From positions 119,350,001 through 119,414,000 of the forward strand of contig NC_135886.1 in NCBI RefSeq assembly GCF_964194155.1: 64,000 bases of DNA, in the 5' to 3' direction. The stretch comes from Cetorhinus maximus (Eukaryota). Made by a program: the position numbers and the translations under genes. The notes below the pieces were generated by a model. It was given only the letters and a program-made list of their open reading frames with translations, was not told where the DNA came from and did no database searches. Below, in pieces: positions 12,151-24,411 of this stretch; the first letter of the stretch is position 1; every line of letters starts with the position of its first letter.

Positions 12151-12557
12151 ATCTCCTGCTCCTATGTTCCTATTTTCGTAGTATCATCTCAGTGATTTAG
12201 ACTTATATGTAGGGGATATAATGAAAAAGTTTTCTGATGATATTTAAAATGGCTCTGTGATTAAGAGTGAGGAAAATAGCTACAGACTGCAGGAAGGTAC
12301 CAATAAACTGGTCAGATAGAAAAGTGGCAAATGGAATTAAATTTAGAGAATTGTGAGGTAATGCATTTGGAGAAGGTAAACAAGGCAGAAATTACACAAT
12401 AAATGGTAAAATACTGAGAAATGTAGAGAAGCAGAGGGACATGGAGTGCATGTCCACAGATCCTTGAAGCTGGTGAGACAGGTAGGGTAAGGTGGTCAAG
12501 ATAGCATAGGAAATACTTCATTTTATTAGCCAAGGCACAGAACATGAGCGCAAGGAG

Positions 12558-12732
12558 TAAAAACAGAAAGTGCTGTAAAAACTTGTCAGGTCTGGCAGCA
12601 TCTGCAGACAGAGTAACAGAGTTAACATTTAATTCTGTTTCTGTCCACAGATGCTGCCAGACCTGCTGAGTTTTTTCAGCACTTTGTTTTTATTTCAGGT
12701 TTCCAACATCTTCAGTATTTTACTTTTATTTT
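12558..12732. repeat. Palindromic (fold-back) Penelope-like terminal fragment
   Basis: caggtctggcagcatctg...cagatgctgccagacctg inverted arms around a short AT-rich centre. Confidence 0.75.
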
Positions 12733-12992
12733 AATGAGAGGAAGGAGGTTATGCTAGAAATATATGAAACACCAGTTAGGTTACAGTGAGTACTGAAAGT
12801 GCTGTGTACCATTCTGGTCACCATATTAGAAAGGATGTAATTTCACTAGAGAAAATACAAAGGAGATTTACGAGGTTGTTTCCAGGAGTGGAAAATCTTA
12901 GCTATGGGAAAGGTTGGCTAGGTCAGATTGTTTTCCTTGAAACAGAGGAAGCTGGAGAATGATTTAATTGAAGTGCATTAGGAAGGGCTTAG

Positions 12993-14016
12993 TGTTATGA
13001 CCACGGCCAATGTTAATTACTGCACAGACCAAATCCCAGAGGGAAACTTGACTTATGGACCATATCTTTTTTCGTATTCTGAAAACGAGAAGAAAATGCA
13101 CTGAGCTCAGTAGTAAGAAGTCCTGTAACACTTTTGGGATTTTACAAATTAAAAGTAAAAGTTTTATTAACAAGAATAAAAGAAAGTTTAAGCACACAAG
13201 ATTACAATTGCACAGTTAAAAATTAGTCTTACAAAACATTCCCCCAAAAGGCTCTCTAGTTGCTCAGACCCACAAGTAAATACCTTCCAGGCAACACTCC
13301 CATATAGATGTTTAACTATAAAAATCCAGTAATATTACCCAAGGCAAACTGCTGTTGCTTTAATGAAGGCATACCACATAACCTCTTAAACTCACTTCCA
13401 TTCTACTGTGGAAATCCAAAACTTCAGAACAAAACTGTTTTTTGCAGCTCAAGACTTTTCTGGCTTGATTGGATGGCTGATTCAAACTGCATCTTCTCTC
13501 AGCTTACAGCTGTTTCCAGAAGATTTTCCTCACACAGCCAGCAGACAACCGCTACAAGCTTCCCTAAGCTTTCCACAGTAACTCAATAATACCTTTTCCC
13601 CCCTTTCATCTCAGGTTCCATTGTTCTCAAACTTCTTTGAAACTCAAAGCCTTCCAACTACAAAACCTTTCATGTTTCTATTTTGTCTCTGCTTTTGGGT
13701 CAATAAAATGTAATATACCCTTTTCCATTTACTTATGGAACTCTTGCAAGATGCAAACATGTTTCTTGTGACCTCTGACTTCCCTTTGATATTCAAACAA
13801 ACTCTCAACTTATCTGAAAATGCAAATATTAGATCCAACCTATTCACTTGTACCTCAAACCTAATGCCTCTATCCATTCACGTTTTAAACCCCCAGACAA
13901 CCTGCCTTCTAGTAACCTTCCCCTAACATAATTAAATCATTTATACACACACACCGTTTGCTTCACAGAATAACACAATATTCCCCTAAAATATAAAACA
14001 AAATCCATTCTTAATA
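12993..14016. mobile_element. Solo LTR with 5-bp TSD (CTTAG) nested in a CR1
   Basis: Begins TGTTATGA, ends with decayed cttaata; CTTAG at 12988-12992 and 14017-14021; the host CR1 is continuous across it. Confidence 0.8.
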
Positions 14017-15274
14017 CTTAGATAGAGTGAGTGGTAAGGGCCTATTACTCTTCACAGAAGGTTAATAACCAGGGCCCATAGATTTAATTAGTAAAAGAAT
14101 TTGGAAAGTGTTGGGGAAAAGTTTCTTTTTACCTGAAGGAAAGGTCTGGAGTTCAGTGGTAGAGTGGTAGAGGCAGAAACCAGGCAGAAACCCTCATCGC
14201 ATGTAGAAAGTATATGGATTTGCACTTGAAGTGCTGTGACCAACAAGGCTATGGATGAAGAGCTGGAAAGTGGGATTTGACTGGATAGAGATAAAAACAA
14301 AAAAACTACTGCGGATGCTGCCAGATCTACTGAGTTTTTCCAGGTAATTCTGTTTTTGTTTTGACTGGATAGATCTTATTTGCCTGAAACAGACACGATG
14401 GGCCGAATGGCCTCCTTCTATGCTAAGAAAACATGGCAAAATCCCTCCATTCAAATGCCTCCTATCACGAGCCCTCTCAAATTGCCGATGCTTAAAGTAA
14501 ACTCCAGCTGAGAAAATCTTTAAAATCAATCCCATATATCGAGGATACACTGTGCACACCCGGGCAAAAATTACCTAAACAATAATCTAAAAACTGGCTG
14601 CAAACAATGAGATATTTTGGCTGTCTTCTTCAACAATCAAGCCACATTTTACATGCATTCGTTTTATAAACCGCTTATGATTTCACTACAAATGGGAAAC
14701 AAAGGAAATCTTGATTTTTACTTTTTCTTGGCGTCATGCCCATCAACCACGCAATCTGTCTACGCTGGCAGTATGAGCACCTCTCCCTGAATTCAAGCAC
14801 AGTATATGACAATCCAGTCACACCCCAGTTTTCTCTGCTTCTCGTGGGTAAAACTTCCTTTCTCGCAGTTAGACTGCCTGCCTGGCAGTTTCTCCTCGTC
14901 TTTTTTGTTCAATGCATGTCTGTACTTTTCAATGGCTCTACTTTGGAGTTGCCACATTATCTGATGCCTCTCGCTGTCCTTAACGGCTCTCTCTCTCTCA
15001 TTCCCATATATTAAGCAATGTTTCAAATATTCCCATGTTTAATGTGTCGAATACATTAGTGCAATGTATTTCAAGTGGATGAGACATTAGAACTCTGGAA
15101 CCGATTTTCTTTTGTCTCCAGGGCCAGCGATTCTCTAGTGACGTCTTTTCGAAAAATTGCCTCCCATCTAATAGTTGAATTTACAATGGAGCTGCATTTA
15201 GAGAACCCTCATTAGCATCCACGGTTAGTAAGGTTCTCTAAAAGTTGAAGCCAAAGTGAGTGAGGAATTCTTAC

Positions 15275-15372
15275 CTTTGCTTCCCAGCTTGGCTCAGGTC
15301 AGACTCCGGATCAGGGCTCACCCACACCGCACGCCGCAGCTCCACTTCTATCTCTCCACTCAAATCAGTGCA
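15275..15372 (-). other. SERPINH1: Probable non-coding exon 1 of the HSP47 gene (TSS approximate)
   Basis: CpG-enriched unique DNA about 30 nt downstream of a TATA box; strong donor AAG|gtaaga at 15274; vertebrate HSP47 genes have a non-coding first exon. Confidence 0.75.
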
Positions 15373-15395
15373 AGCAGACAAAAGACCACTCTCCC

Positions 15396-15403
15396 TTTTT
15401 ATA
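15396..15403 (-). promoter_or_regulatory. TATA box (TATAAAAA)
   Basis: Plus strand tttttata; sits between the HSE and the inferred exon 1. Confidence 0.8.
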
Positions 15404-15413
15404 ACCAAGCCGA

Positions 15414-15428
15414 GGAAAGTTCCAGAAC
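15414..15428. promoter_or_regulatory. Heat-shock element, perfect 3-unit nGAAnnTTCnnGAAn
   Basis: gGAAagTTCcaGAAc, 10 bp upstream of the TATA box; HSP47 is an established HSF1 target. Confidence 0.85.
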
Positions 15429-16779
15429 GAATTCGCTCAACGTCTGTGAAACCCGAGACGACAGCACCGCCTACATAGAAAGCAGTACAGTATATATTCC
15501 TCATGATGTCGCTTAAAAGAGATTTCAAAAATATCGTCTTAATTGAGGAACTAAATAAATTACATTCAACTTCTATTCACTTGAATAGAAGGTTTTGTAT
15601 TTTCAATTCTAGCTTCAAGTTTTAGCATTTACTTAGATAAAAGGTGTGAAAAAACTGAAAACTTTCTGAAAATCTACATGAAATCTAAAGCAATAACTAA
15701 AGTGTGAAGAGGCGGAATCACTGCAATAAGAAGTAATTCAATATCTGTTTTCGTTTTATTCTAGCACTGAAAACAATAGCATTATAGCATTATTGTTTTG
15801 GATTTCCAGCATCCGCAGTAGTTTTTTGTTTTTATAGCATTACCAACGCTACATTTTCAGTTTTAACAAGTATGTTTAAATGCAAGGTTTTATTTTTAAA
15901 GTGAGTGATTCATATCAGTTCCTGCAGAGATGAATCGATTTATTACACTAGTCGGAATGGTGTTTCAAGTCAAGGTTAGCGACATTTATGTGTTATTTTT
16001 CCTTTGAAATCTATTACTCTTCAGCATCGCTTTAAGCAAATCAACATTTGGAACAATATAAAAAGAAAACAACTCTTAGATAGATGAAATACAAATAAAC
16101 GTGGCGCAAGCATTCAAATTAAGAGCACAATTTGGTAGTGAACTTCTGTCTCGATGGGTTATTTGAAAAATAATCTAATAATGTTTTTGCATCTATCTGA
16201 GTTCCCACTAAAGCAGCGGGGCAGAGATACACGTACCCCAACCCCACGCCTGGAGCTGCCACGTTGGCAGTTAAGAAAGATACATTCTAAGTTTTCACAT
16301 CTGCACTGAGTTATTTTAGATTGACTCTTTACGTTCCAGAGTATAAATGTTCTTTTCCTCTACAACCTGCCCTGCCGACCAACACAATGCAACAATTCTA
16401 GGTTACATTTTAAGCATCATGTACGATGAAAAAAAATTGGAAGTGGTATCCATGAGTACCGGAACAAACAAAAATGTGGCGTTTCAAAAAAGAGAAATCA
16501 TTTATCCATAAAAAGGCAGCTCCAGGTCTTCAAGCATTAAAAAATGTGGGTCTGTGAATGTTCTGTCCGGTTAAGTGGTAGTGTGAGGCACCACAAACAT
16601 GATCTTCACTGCATGGCAAATCCAAGAAAAATGCAAAGAATAGCACCAACTGCTGCATATGGCCTGTTTTGACCTCTGCATTAGGATTAGGGTCAGGGCC
16701 AAAGCCTTTGACTCTGTCAAACATGAAGGTTTAAGGAATATCCCCTTCAGATTTGGCTGCCTTCCACCTACTCCACCAT

Positions 16780-17965
16780 GACAGCTGTGATCCTCACCTT
16801 ATCTCAGTGAAGACTCAGTGAAGACAACAAGGCTGTGTCATTGCAGCAACCCTCTTGTCCATATTCCTCACTGCAATACTGCACTTCTAGCAACAACCCA
16901 CAGGGCTGGAGATAATTTGCAGAACAAATGGGAAACTGTACCTTCAATCCAACACGGAAATCACTCCAACTTCAGTCATTGAGCTTCATTGTGCAGATGA
17001 CGCTTGTGTGTGCACTCACTCAGAAACTGAGCTCCTGGTCATTCTTGACACATTCTCTGAAGCATATGAGAAAATGGGCCTTTCGCTAAACATCTGGAAA
17101 ACTAAGGTCCTATTGCAACCAGTTCCAACAGCAAAACATCTCCCCCCTCAGATTCAGATCAATGATATTCTGGAAAAAGCGGACCATTTTCTGTATCTTG
17201 GGAACTTCTTCGCAACAAAGGCAGACATAGACAATGAAATACATCATCGCCTCCAATGTACCAGCTTAGCCTTTGGCTGACTGAGGCAAATAGTATTTGA
17301 GGACTAGGATCTCAAACCCAAGCTAAGGTCATGATTTAACAGGCAGCAGTGATCCTTACGCTTGTGTATGCTTTGGAGACTTGGACAGCTTACAGCAGAT
17401 ACCTTAAAGCCCTGAAGAAGCACAACCTGCAGTGCCCCTTGTAAGATCATCCAAATCCAGAGGCAAGAAAGATAGTCCAACAATAGCATCCTCTCCCAAG
17501 CCAATTTATCCAGAATCGAGGTGCTAATCACTCAAAACCAGCTCTGCTGGGCAGGACAAGTCGTTCATATACCTGGCTCCAGACCCCTGAAGCAACTGCT
17601 CAACTTGGAACTTTTTTGTAGTAGGAAACTTCCAGGAGGACAGCGGAAATGCTTTAGGGATGACCTCAAAGCATCCCAAAGTAGTCAAACATTCCCACCG
17701 ACTCATGGGAGTCCCTGGCTTGTGACTGACCAAAATGGAGAAGGTTCATTTGAGAAGGCACCGAACACATTGAGGGACTTAGTTGGGAAATACTCAGAGG
17801 TGAAGCTGAGGTGTCAGAGAGAGCACACAAACCTCCAAACAACTTATCTACCCGATCCTTTAAGCACCACATGCCCTGCATGTTGCAGAGTCTGCAGATC
17901 ATGCATCGGATTTATCAGCCATTTCAGACCCCATTGAATCGGAGTGTAAGCAAGTCACCCTCATC
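16780..17965 (+). mobile_element. Degraded RTE-type LINE (RT to 3' end)
   Basis: CADD..VCTHSE...MGLSLNIWKTKV, FLYLG, QLCWAGQV...GGQRKCFRDDLK and a C-terminal C2H2-like CPACCRVC...ISH. Confidence 0.85.
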
Positions 17966-17971
17966 CTCCAG

Positions 17972-18270
17972 GGATATGGTGGCATTGTGGTATTGGCACT
18001 GACTACTATTCCAGCAACCCAGGGTAATTCTCTGGAGACCTGGGTTCAAATCCCACCATGGCAGATGGTGAAATTTGAATTCAGTGAAAATCTGGAATTA
18101 AAAGTGTGATGATGACCATAAAATCATTGCCCATCCATCTGGTTCATTAATGTTAATAAGGAAATCTGCTGATCTGGCCTACATGTGACTCAATGCCCAC
18201 AGCAATGTGGTTGACTCTTAAATGTTGGCCTAGCTAGTGGTGCACATCCAATTAACAAATTTTTAAAAAT
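17972..18270 (+). mobile_element. tRNA-derived SINE
   Basis: B-box gggttcaaatccc; same family as 4640 and 43780. Confidence 0.85.
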
Positions 18271-18600
18271 CATGAGGGACCGCCTAATGGTATCTGCTTA
18301 AGGGAGTCAGTTTCACTGAAGGAAGCAGTTCCTTGCATCTACATTTTAGTAAGGGATTGGACCTCCTCATTACATTGTAGTGGAATTGACATCAATGGAA
18401 AAATAAAAGGATAAATGGCACACAGACAGAAACTCAGGAATCAGCAATGCAAAAGCTATTTGAAGGCTCAGTTAATAATGGCACATTTCAGACTAGGATA
18501 TTTCCTGGTTTTGGATATTTCTGGTGCTTGCTGCATTCAACAATCTAAGCAGTACAGACACCAGCCACATTGTTGCTAGATTAGGTCAGCAGCAAGATAT

Positions 18601-19359
18601 TGTAAGGGGGGAATTAAATGTATGTGTTAAAAAGAGAACACAGTAAGAATTTGTTGAACATACTTAAAATCTCCAGGCAGCCATTGATGCTAAGTATATT
18701 AACAGTTGAGGATAACCAGATGGACAGTGCACACAAAGAGGCTTTGAGTTTTTGTGTGATTTACACAGAAGTTAAGAGATGAGCTAATGTCCAGTAACAG
18801 GGAGGACAGCCTCTGTCACGCAGGGCAATTCAAGTGGTGCAATGATGCGGTGAAGTCTTGAGAAGTCTTGAGAGCTAGACTGGAGATAAAACATGGCATA
18901 AAATTAGATTAAGTATGCTCATCCCTCAGACAAGGGGAGGACAAATGATTTTAGCTTAGATATGGGAAGATGAACAATGGACAAAGAGGGGGCTTTGATG
19001 AAACACAAACAGTCTTGAGTTGTAAGAACCAAGGTCCTTGTGTACGTGTTTTAATTTTGATTGGATAATATAATTATGTATACATCCTTTAGAATAATTG
19101 GTTAGCAAAATCATATATTTATGTACTCAATAGGATAGAGATAGTATGGAACCGGTGTGTCGGTTACCGATTGGATGTTTCAAATGTGTGTGATAAGAAA
19201 AAGTACAAAAGTAGTGAAATGTAATCAATCAGGGAGCTGGGTCTTCGTTCTTAGGAATGATTGCGGCTTCCTTGCATATGCTTGAATAAAACCGGTTGAA
19301 AGGAAGCCTGAGTCTCGTGTGGTCATTGCGGGATCGGAGAGTATAACTTCTCCTCTTCA
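18601..19359 (+). mobile_element. Solo ERV-like LTR with 4-bp TSD (ATAT)
   Basis: Begins TGTAAGGGGG, ends CTCCTCTTCA; ATAT at 18597-18600 and 19360-19363; AATAAA near 19286. Confidence 0.7.
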
Positions 19360-20089
19360 ATATCAACCCATGATTCTTATTCCTCACTGCTGTCCAGTGA
19401 CTTCTGTTGAAAAGTGCATGCATGTGGAGGAGATCTGATATAGCCAAGATGCCCTTCACCCAAGGTCTATTTACATTCATTGTCTAGATTCACACTTCAA
19501 GAATGGCCATTTAGCTGATGTTTATATGGCAAATGATACCTGTAAGAAACTATGGGTTGGATTTTAGTTCCTAGCTCCCAATTCCACTGTTGGAATGAGA
19601 TTTGGGTGAGGAACGTGAAAATGCTGGCTAAGGGCCCCTGAGGGACATTTTGGAGCAGGTGGCCCCTTAATTCACCAATTAAGGATGGCAGGCAGGCTCC
19701 ACTGCAGGGAGAGCCAAAAGGCTCTCACCGGCTGCCAGTACAGGTGGGAAAATGAGAGGCACCTCAAGATGCAGGTGCCCTCTGAAGACTTTAGGAAGTT
19801 TAAAAATCAGAAGGTTACAGACTATAAGAAGTTGTGAGGCTGCCATTGTGGAGGGGTCCTTCTGACAATCACGGCTGTGGGGGACAGGGACAGGAAATGA
19901 AATAAGGGATCACTGGGTTCCAGTCTGCTGCTGAGTGGCAACTTCCTCCATCAGTTGGGCTTCAGCCTGAGTGGGTGGCTAGTATGCTGTTTGGAAAATT
20001 TCAGATAGCATCTGATGAGTGCGCTCAATAGGCACTTTAAATGGCCTAAACAACTACCGGTATCTGGCCAGCACACTCACTTTTCAGCC

Positions 20090-21140
20090 CCAGAGGGAAA
20101 GCTCTCTGGTTAGAGTCATACCTGGCACAAAGGAAGATGCTTGTGGCTGTTGGACGTCAGTCATCTCAGTCCTTGTAGAGGCACCACTGCAGAATTTCCT
20201 CAGGGTAGTGTTCTAGGCCCAACCAACTTCAGCTGCTTCAGCAATGGCCTTCCTTCCAAAATGGAAGGTCAGAAGCAGGGACGTTTGCTAATGATTGCAC
20301 AGTGTTCAGCACCATTCATGACTCTCCAGATAATGAAGCAGTCCGTGCCAATATGCAGCAAGGCCTGGACAACATTCAGGTTTGAGTTGTAAAGTGGCAA
20401 GTAACATTCATGCCACACAAATGCCAGGCAATGACCATATTCAACAAGAGAGAATCTAACCATCTCCCTTTCATTCAGTGGAATTACCAATGCTCAACAT
20501 CCCGCTATCAACTATCCTGAGGGTAACCATTGACCAGAAACTGAACTGGACTAGCCATATATATACTGTAGCTACAAGAGCAGGTCAGATGCTGGGAAAT
20601 CTGAGGCAAGTAACTCACTAAAGCATGTCCACCATCCACTCTTCATTTGCCTGGATGAGTGCAGTTCAAAGAATACTTAAGAAGCTTGACACCATTCAGG
20701 ATAAAGCAACCCGCTTGATCAACAACCCATCCACCAACTTAAACATTCACTCCCTCCACCACCAATGAACGGTGGCAGCAATGCGTACTAGATGCACTAC
20801 AGCAACTCACCAAAACGCCTTCAACAGCACCTTCCAAACCTGAAACCTCTACCACCTAGAAGGACAAGGGCAGCAGACAGATGGGGACACCATCACCTGC
20901 AAGCTCCCCTCCAAGCCACACACCATCCTGATTTGGAAATATATTGCCTGTTCCTTCACTGTCACTGGGCCAAAATCCTGGAGCACCCTTCCTAACAGCA
21001 CTTTGGGTGTACCTGCACCAGATGGACTACAACAGTTCAAAAAAGTGGCTCACCACCACCTTCTCATGGCCAGTTAGAGACCGGCGACAAATGCTGGCCT
21101 TGCCATTGATGCTCACATCACATAAAAGAATTAATTAAAT
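20090..21140 (+). mobile_element. CR1-superfamily LINE family B, 3' part
   Basis: PQGSVLGPT RT motif, then the family 3' tail. Confidence 0.85.
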
Positions 21141-21249
21141 TAATAAATCCCAGAATGATCCTGAAATAGTGAGCAATTTTAGCAGATGAGATCAGGATCT
21201 GATGGAGCTTTATGCCCAGGTAGATCCCGCAGTGAATAACATTATTCAT

Positions 21250-21663
21250 GGCAGATGCAGTATAATGCGAATAAGTGTGAAGTTATTCACTTTGGTAGGA
21301 AAAACAGAATGGCAGAGTATTATTTAAATGGTGATAGATTGGGAAATGTTGATGTGCAAAGGGACCTGGATGTCCTTTTACACCAATCACTGAAAGCAAG
21401 CATGCAGGTGCAGCAAGCAGTTAAGAAGGCAAATGGTATGTTGGCCTTCATTGCGAGAGGACTTCAGTACAGGAGCAAGGATGTCTTACTGCAGCTGTAC
21501 AGGGCCTTGGTGAGACCACACCAGGAGTATTATATGCAGTTTTGGTCCCCTTACCTAGGAAAGGATATACTTGCCATAGAGGAAGTGCAGCGAAGGTTCA
21601 CCAGATTGATTCCTGGGATGGCAGGATTGTCGTATGAGAAGAGATTGGGCCGCCTAGGCCTGT
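21250..21663 (+). mobile_element. CR1 family A fragment
   Basis: WQMQYNANKCEVIHFG...LYRALVRPH.EY..QFWSPY peptide. Confidence 0.9.
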
Positions 21664-21664
21664 A

Positions 21665-24410
21665 TTTGTTTTATTTTATTGTCCATTCATGGGATGTGGG
21701 CTTCGCTGGCTGGGCCAGCATTTATTGCCCATCCCTAGTTGCCCTTGAGAAGATAGTGGTGAGCTGCATTCTTGAACTGCTGCAGTCTATGTGGTGTAGG
21801 TACACCCACAGTGTTGTTAGAAAGGGAGTTCCAGGATTTTGACCCAGAGACAGTGAAGGAATGGCATTATATTTCCAAGTCAGAATGGTGTGTGGCTTGG
21901 AGGGGAACTTCCAGGTGGTGTTCCCATCTACCTGCTGCCCTTGTCCTTCTAGATAGTAGTGGTCATGGGTTTGAAAGGTGCTGTCAAAGGAGCCTTGGTG
22001 AACTCCTGCAGTGCATCTTGTAAATGGTACACACTGCGGCCACTGTGCGTCAGTGGCAGAGGGAGTGAATGTTTGTGGATGTGGTGCCAATCAAGCAGGC
22101 TGCTTTGTCCTGGACAGTGTCAAGCTTCTTGAGTATTGTGGGAGGCACACTCACCCAGGCAATCGGGGAGAATTCCATCACACTCCTGACTTGTGCCTTG
22201 TAGATGGTAGACAGGCTTTGGGGAATCAGGATGTGAGTTACCCATCGCAAGATTCCTAGCCTCTGACCTGCTCTTGTAGTCACAGTATATATATGGCTAG
22301 TCCATTTCAGTTTCTGGTCAATGGTAAACCCCCAGGATGTTGATTGTGGGGGATTCTTTTTTTTAATTTGTTCATGGGATGTGGGCGTCACTGGCTAGGC
22401 CAGCATTTATTGCCCATCCCTAATTGCCTTTATTCAGTGAGCATTTAAGAATCAACCACATTGCTGTGGGTCTGGAGTCACATCTAGGTAAGACCAGGTA
22501 AGGACGGCAGATTTCCTTCCCAAAAGGACATTAGTGAACCAGATGGGTTTTTATGACAATCGGCAATGGTTTTGTAGTCATCATTAGACTTTTAATTCCA
22601 GATTTTTATTGCATTCAAAGTTCACCATCTGCCATGGTGGGATTTGAACCCAGGTCCCTAGAGCATTACCCTGGTCTCTGGAATAGTAGTCCAGTGACAA
22701 TAAAACTATACCACCACCTTCCCATTCAGTGATAACAATGCCATTGAATGTCAAGGGGCGATGGTTAGATCCCTGTTGTTGGACACGGTCATTGCCTGGC
22801 ACTTGTGTGAAACAAATGTTACTTCCCACTTGTCAGCCCAAACTTGGATATTGTCCAGGTCCTGCTGCATTTGGACATGGACTTCTTCAGTAACTGAGGA
22901 GTCACGAATGGTGAACATTGTGCAATCATCAGTGAACATCGCTACCTCTGACCTTATGATGGAAAGAGGTCATTAATGAAGCAGCTGAAGATGGTTGGAC
23001 CTTGGACACTACCCTGAGGAATTCCTGCAGTGATGTCCTGGAGCTGAGATGATTGACCTCCAACAACCACATCCATCTTCCTTTGTGCTAGGTATGACTC
23101 CAACCAGCAGAGAGTTTTCCCCCTGATTCCCATTGACTCCAGTTTTGCTAGGGCTCCTTGATGCCACACTCGGTTAAATGAGGCCTTGATGTCAAGGGCA
23201 ATTACTCTCACCTCACCTCAGGAGTTCAATTCTTTTGTCCATGTTTGAACCAAGGTTGTAATGAGGTCAGTAACTTAGTGGCCCTGGCGGAACCCAAACT
23301 GGGCGTCTTTGAGCAGGCTATTGCTAAGCAAGTGCCGCTTGATAGCACTGTTGATGACTCCTTCTATCACTTTATTGATGATCGAGAGTAGACTGATGGG
23401 TTGGTAATTGGCTGGGTTGGATTTGTCCTGTTTTTTGTGTACAGGACATACCTGGGCAATTTTCCACATTGCCAGGTAGATGCCAGTGTTGTAGCTGTAC
23501 TGGAACAGCTTGGCTAAGGTTCCGGCAAGTCTTGGAGCACAAGTTTTCAGTATTATTGCCAGAATATTGTCAGGGACCATAGCCTTTGCAGTATCCAGTG
23601 CCTTCAGCAGTTTCTTGATGTCATGTGGAGTGAATCGAAGTGGCTTAAAACTGTGACGCTAGGGACTTCCGGAGGAGGCTGAGATGAATCATTCAGTCAG
23701 GACTTCTAGCTGAAGATTGTTGCAAATGCCTCAGCCTTATCTTTTGCACTAATGTGCTGGTCTCCCCTATCATTGAGGATGGGGATATTTGTGGAGCCTC
23801 CTCCTCCAGTGAGTTGCTTAATTGCCCACCACCATTCATGACTGGATGTGGCAGGGCTGCAGAGCTTAGATCTGATCCGTTAGTTGTGGAATCATTTAGC
23901 TCTGTCTATCACTTGCTGCTTATGCTGTTTGGCATGCAAGTAGTCCGGTGCTCTAGCTTCACCAGGTTGACACCTCATTTTTAGGTATGCCTGGTGCTGC
24001 TCCTGGCATGCCCTCCTGTACTCTTCATTGAAAAAGGGTTGATCCCCTGGCTTGATGGTAATGGTAGAGTGGGGGATATGCCGGGCCATGAGGTTGCAGA
24101 TTGTGGTTGAGTATAATTCAGCTACTGCTGGATTGGATGCCCAGTCCTAAGCTGCTAGGTCTGTTCAAAATCTATCCCACTTAGTACAGTGGTAGTGCCA
24201 CAGAACATGATGGAGGGTATCCTCACTGTGAAAACAGGACTTCGTCTCCATAAGGACTGTGCTGTGGTCACTCCTACCGATACTGTCATAGACATCTGCA
24301 GCAGGCAGGTTAGGGAGGCTGAGGTCAAGTATGTTTTTCCCTCTAGTTGGTTCCCTCACCACCTGCTACAGACCCAGTCTAGCAGCTATGTCCTTTAGGA
24401 CTCGGCCAGC
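21665..24410 (-). mobile_element. CR1-superfamily LINE family B (endonuclease end, RT and 3' tail), frameshifted
   Basis: PTRGKNILDL, KSNPANYQPISLLS, QFGFRQGH, ALDIKASFNRVWH, PQGSVQGP and FTDD motifs across several ORFs. Confidence 0.9.
22357..22720 (-). mobile_element. Full-length tRNA-derived SINE nested in the LINE
   Basis: Poly(T) at left, B-box gggatttgaaccc; ATTC on both flanks; 3' tail shared with LINE family B. Confidence 0.85.
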
Positions 24411-24411
24411 T

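Larger units (their letters stand above)
12180..14425 (+). mobile_element. Degraded CR1 family A copy, interrupted by a Penelope fold-back and a solo LTR
   Basis: KWQMELNLENCEVMHL peptide; sequence continues across the LTR (gggcttag|atagagtg); 3' tail gggccgaatggcctccttct at 14400. Confidence 0.75.

Noticed and set aside
16332-16347. Plus-strand TATAAA with a partial HSE as a divergent promoter
   Set aside because: The HSE is incomplete and TATA-like words are common in AT-rich DNA
21255-21842. 195-aa ORF as a host gene
   Set aside because: Chance read-through from a CR1 family A fragment into an antisense family B tail
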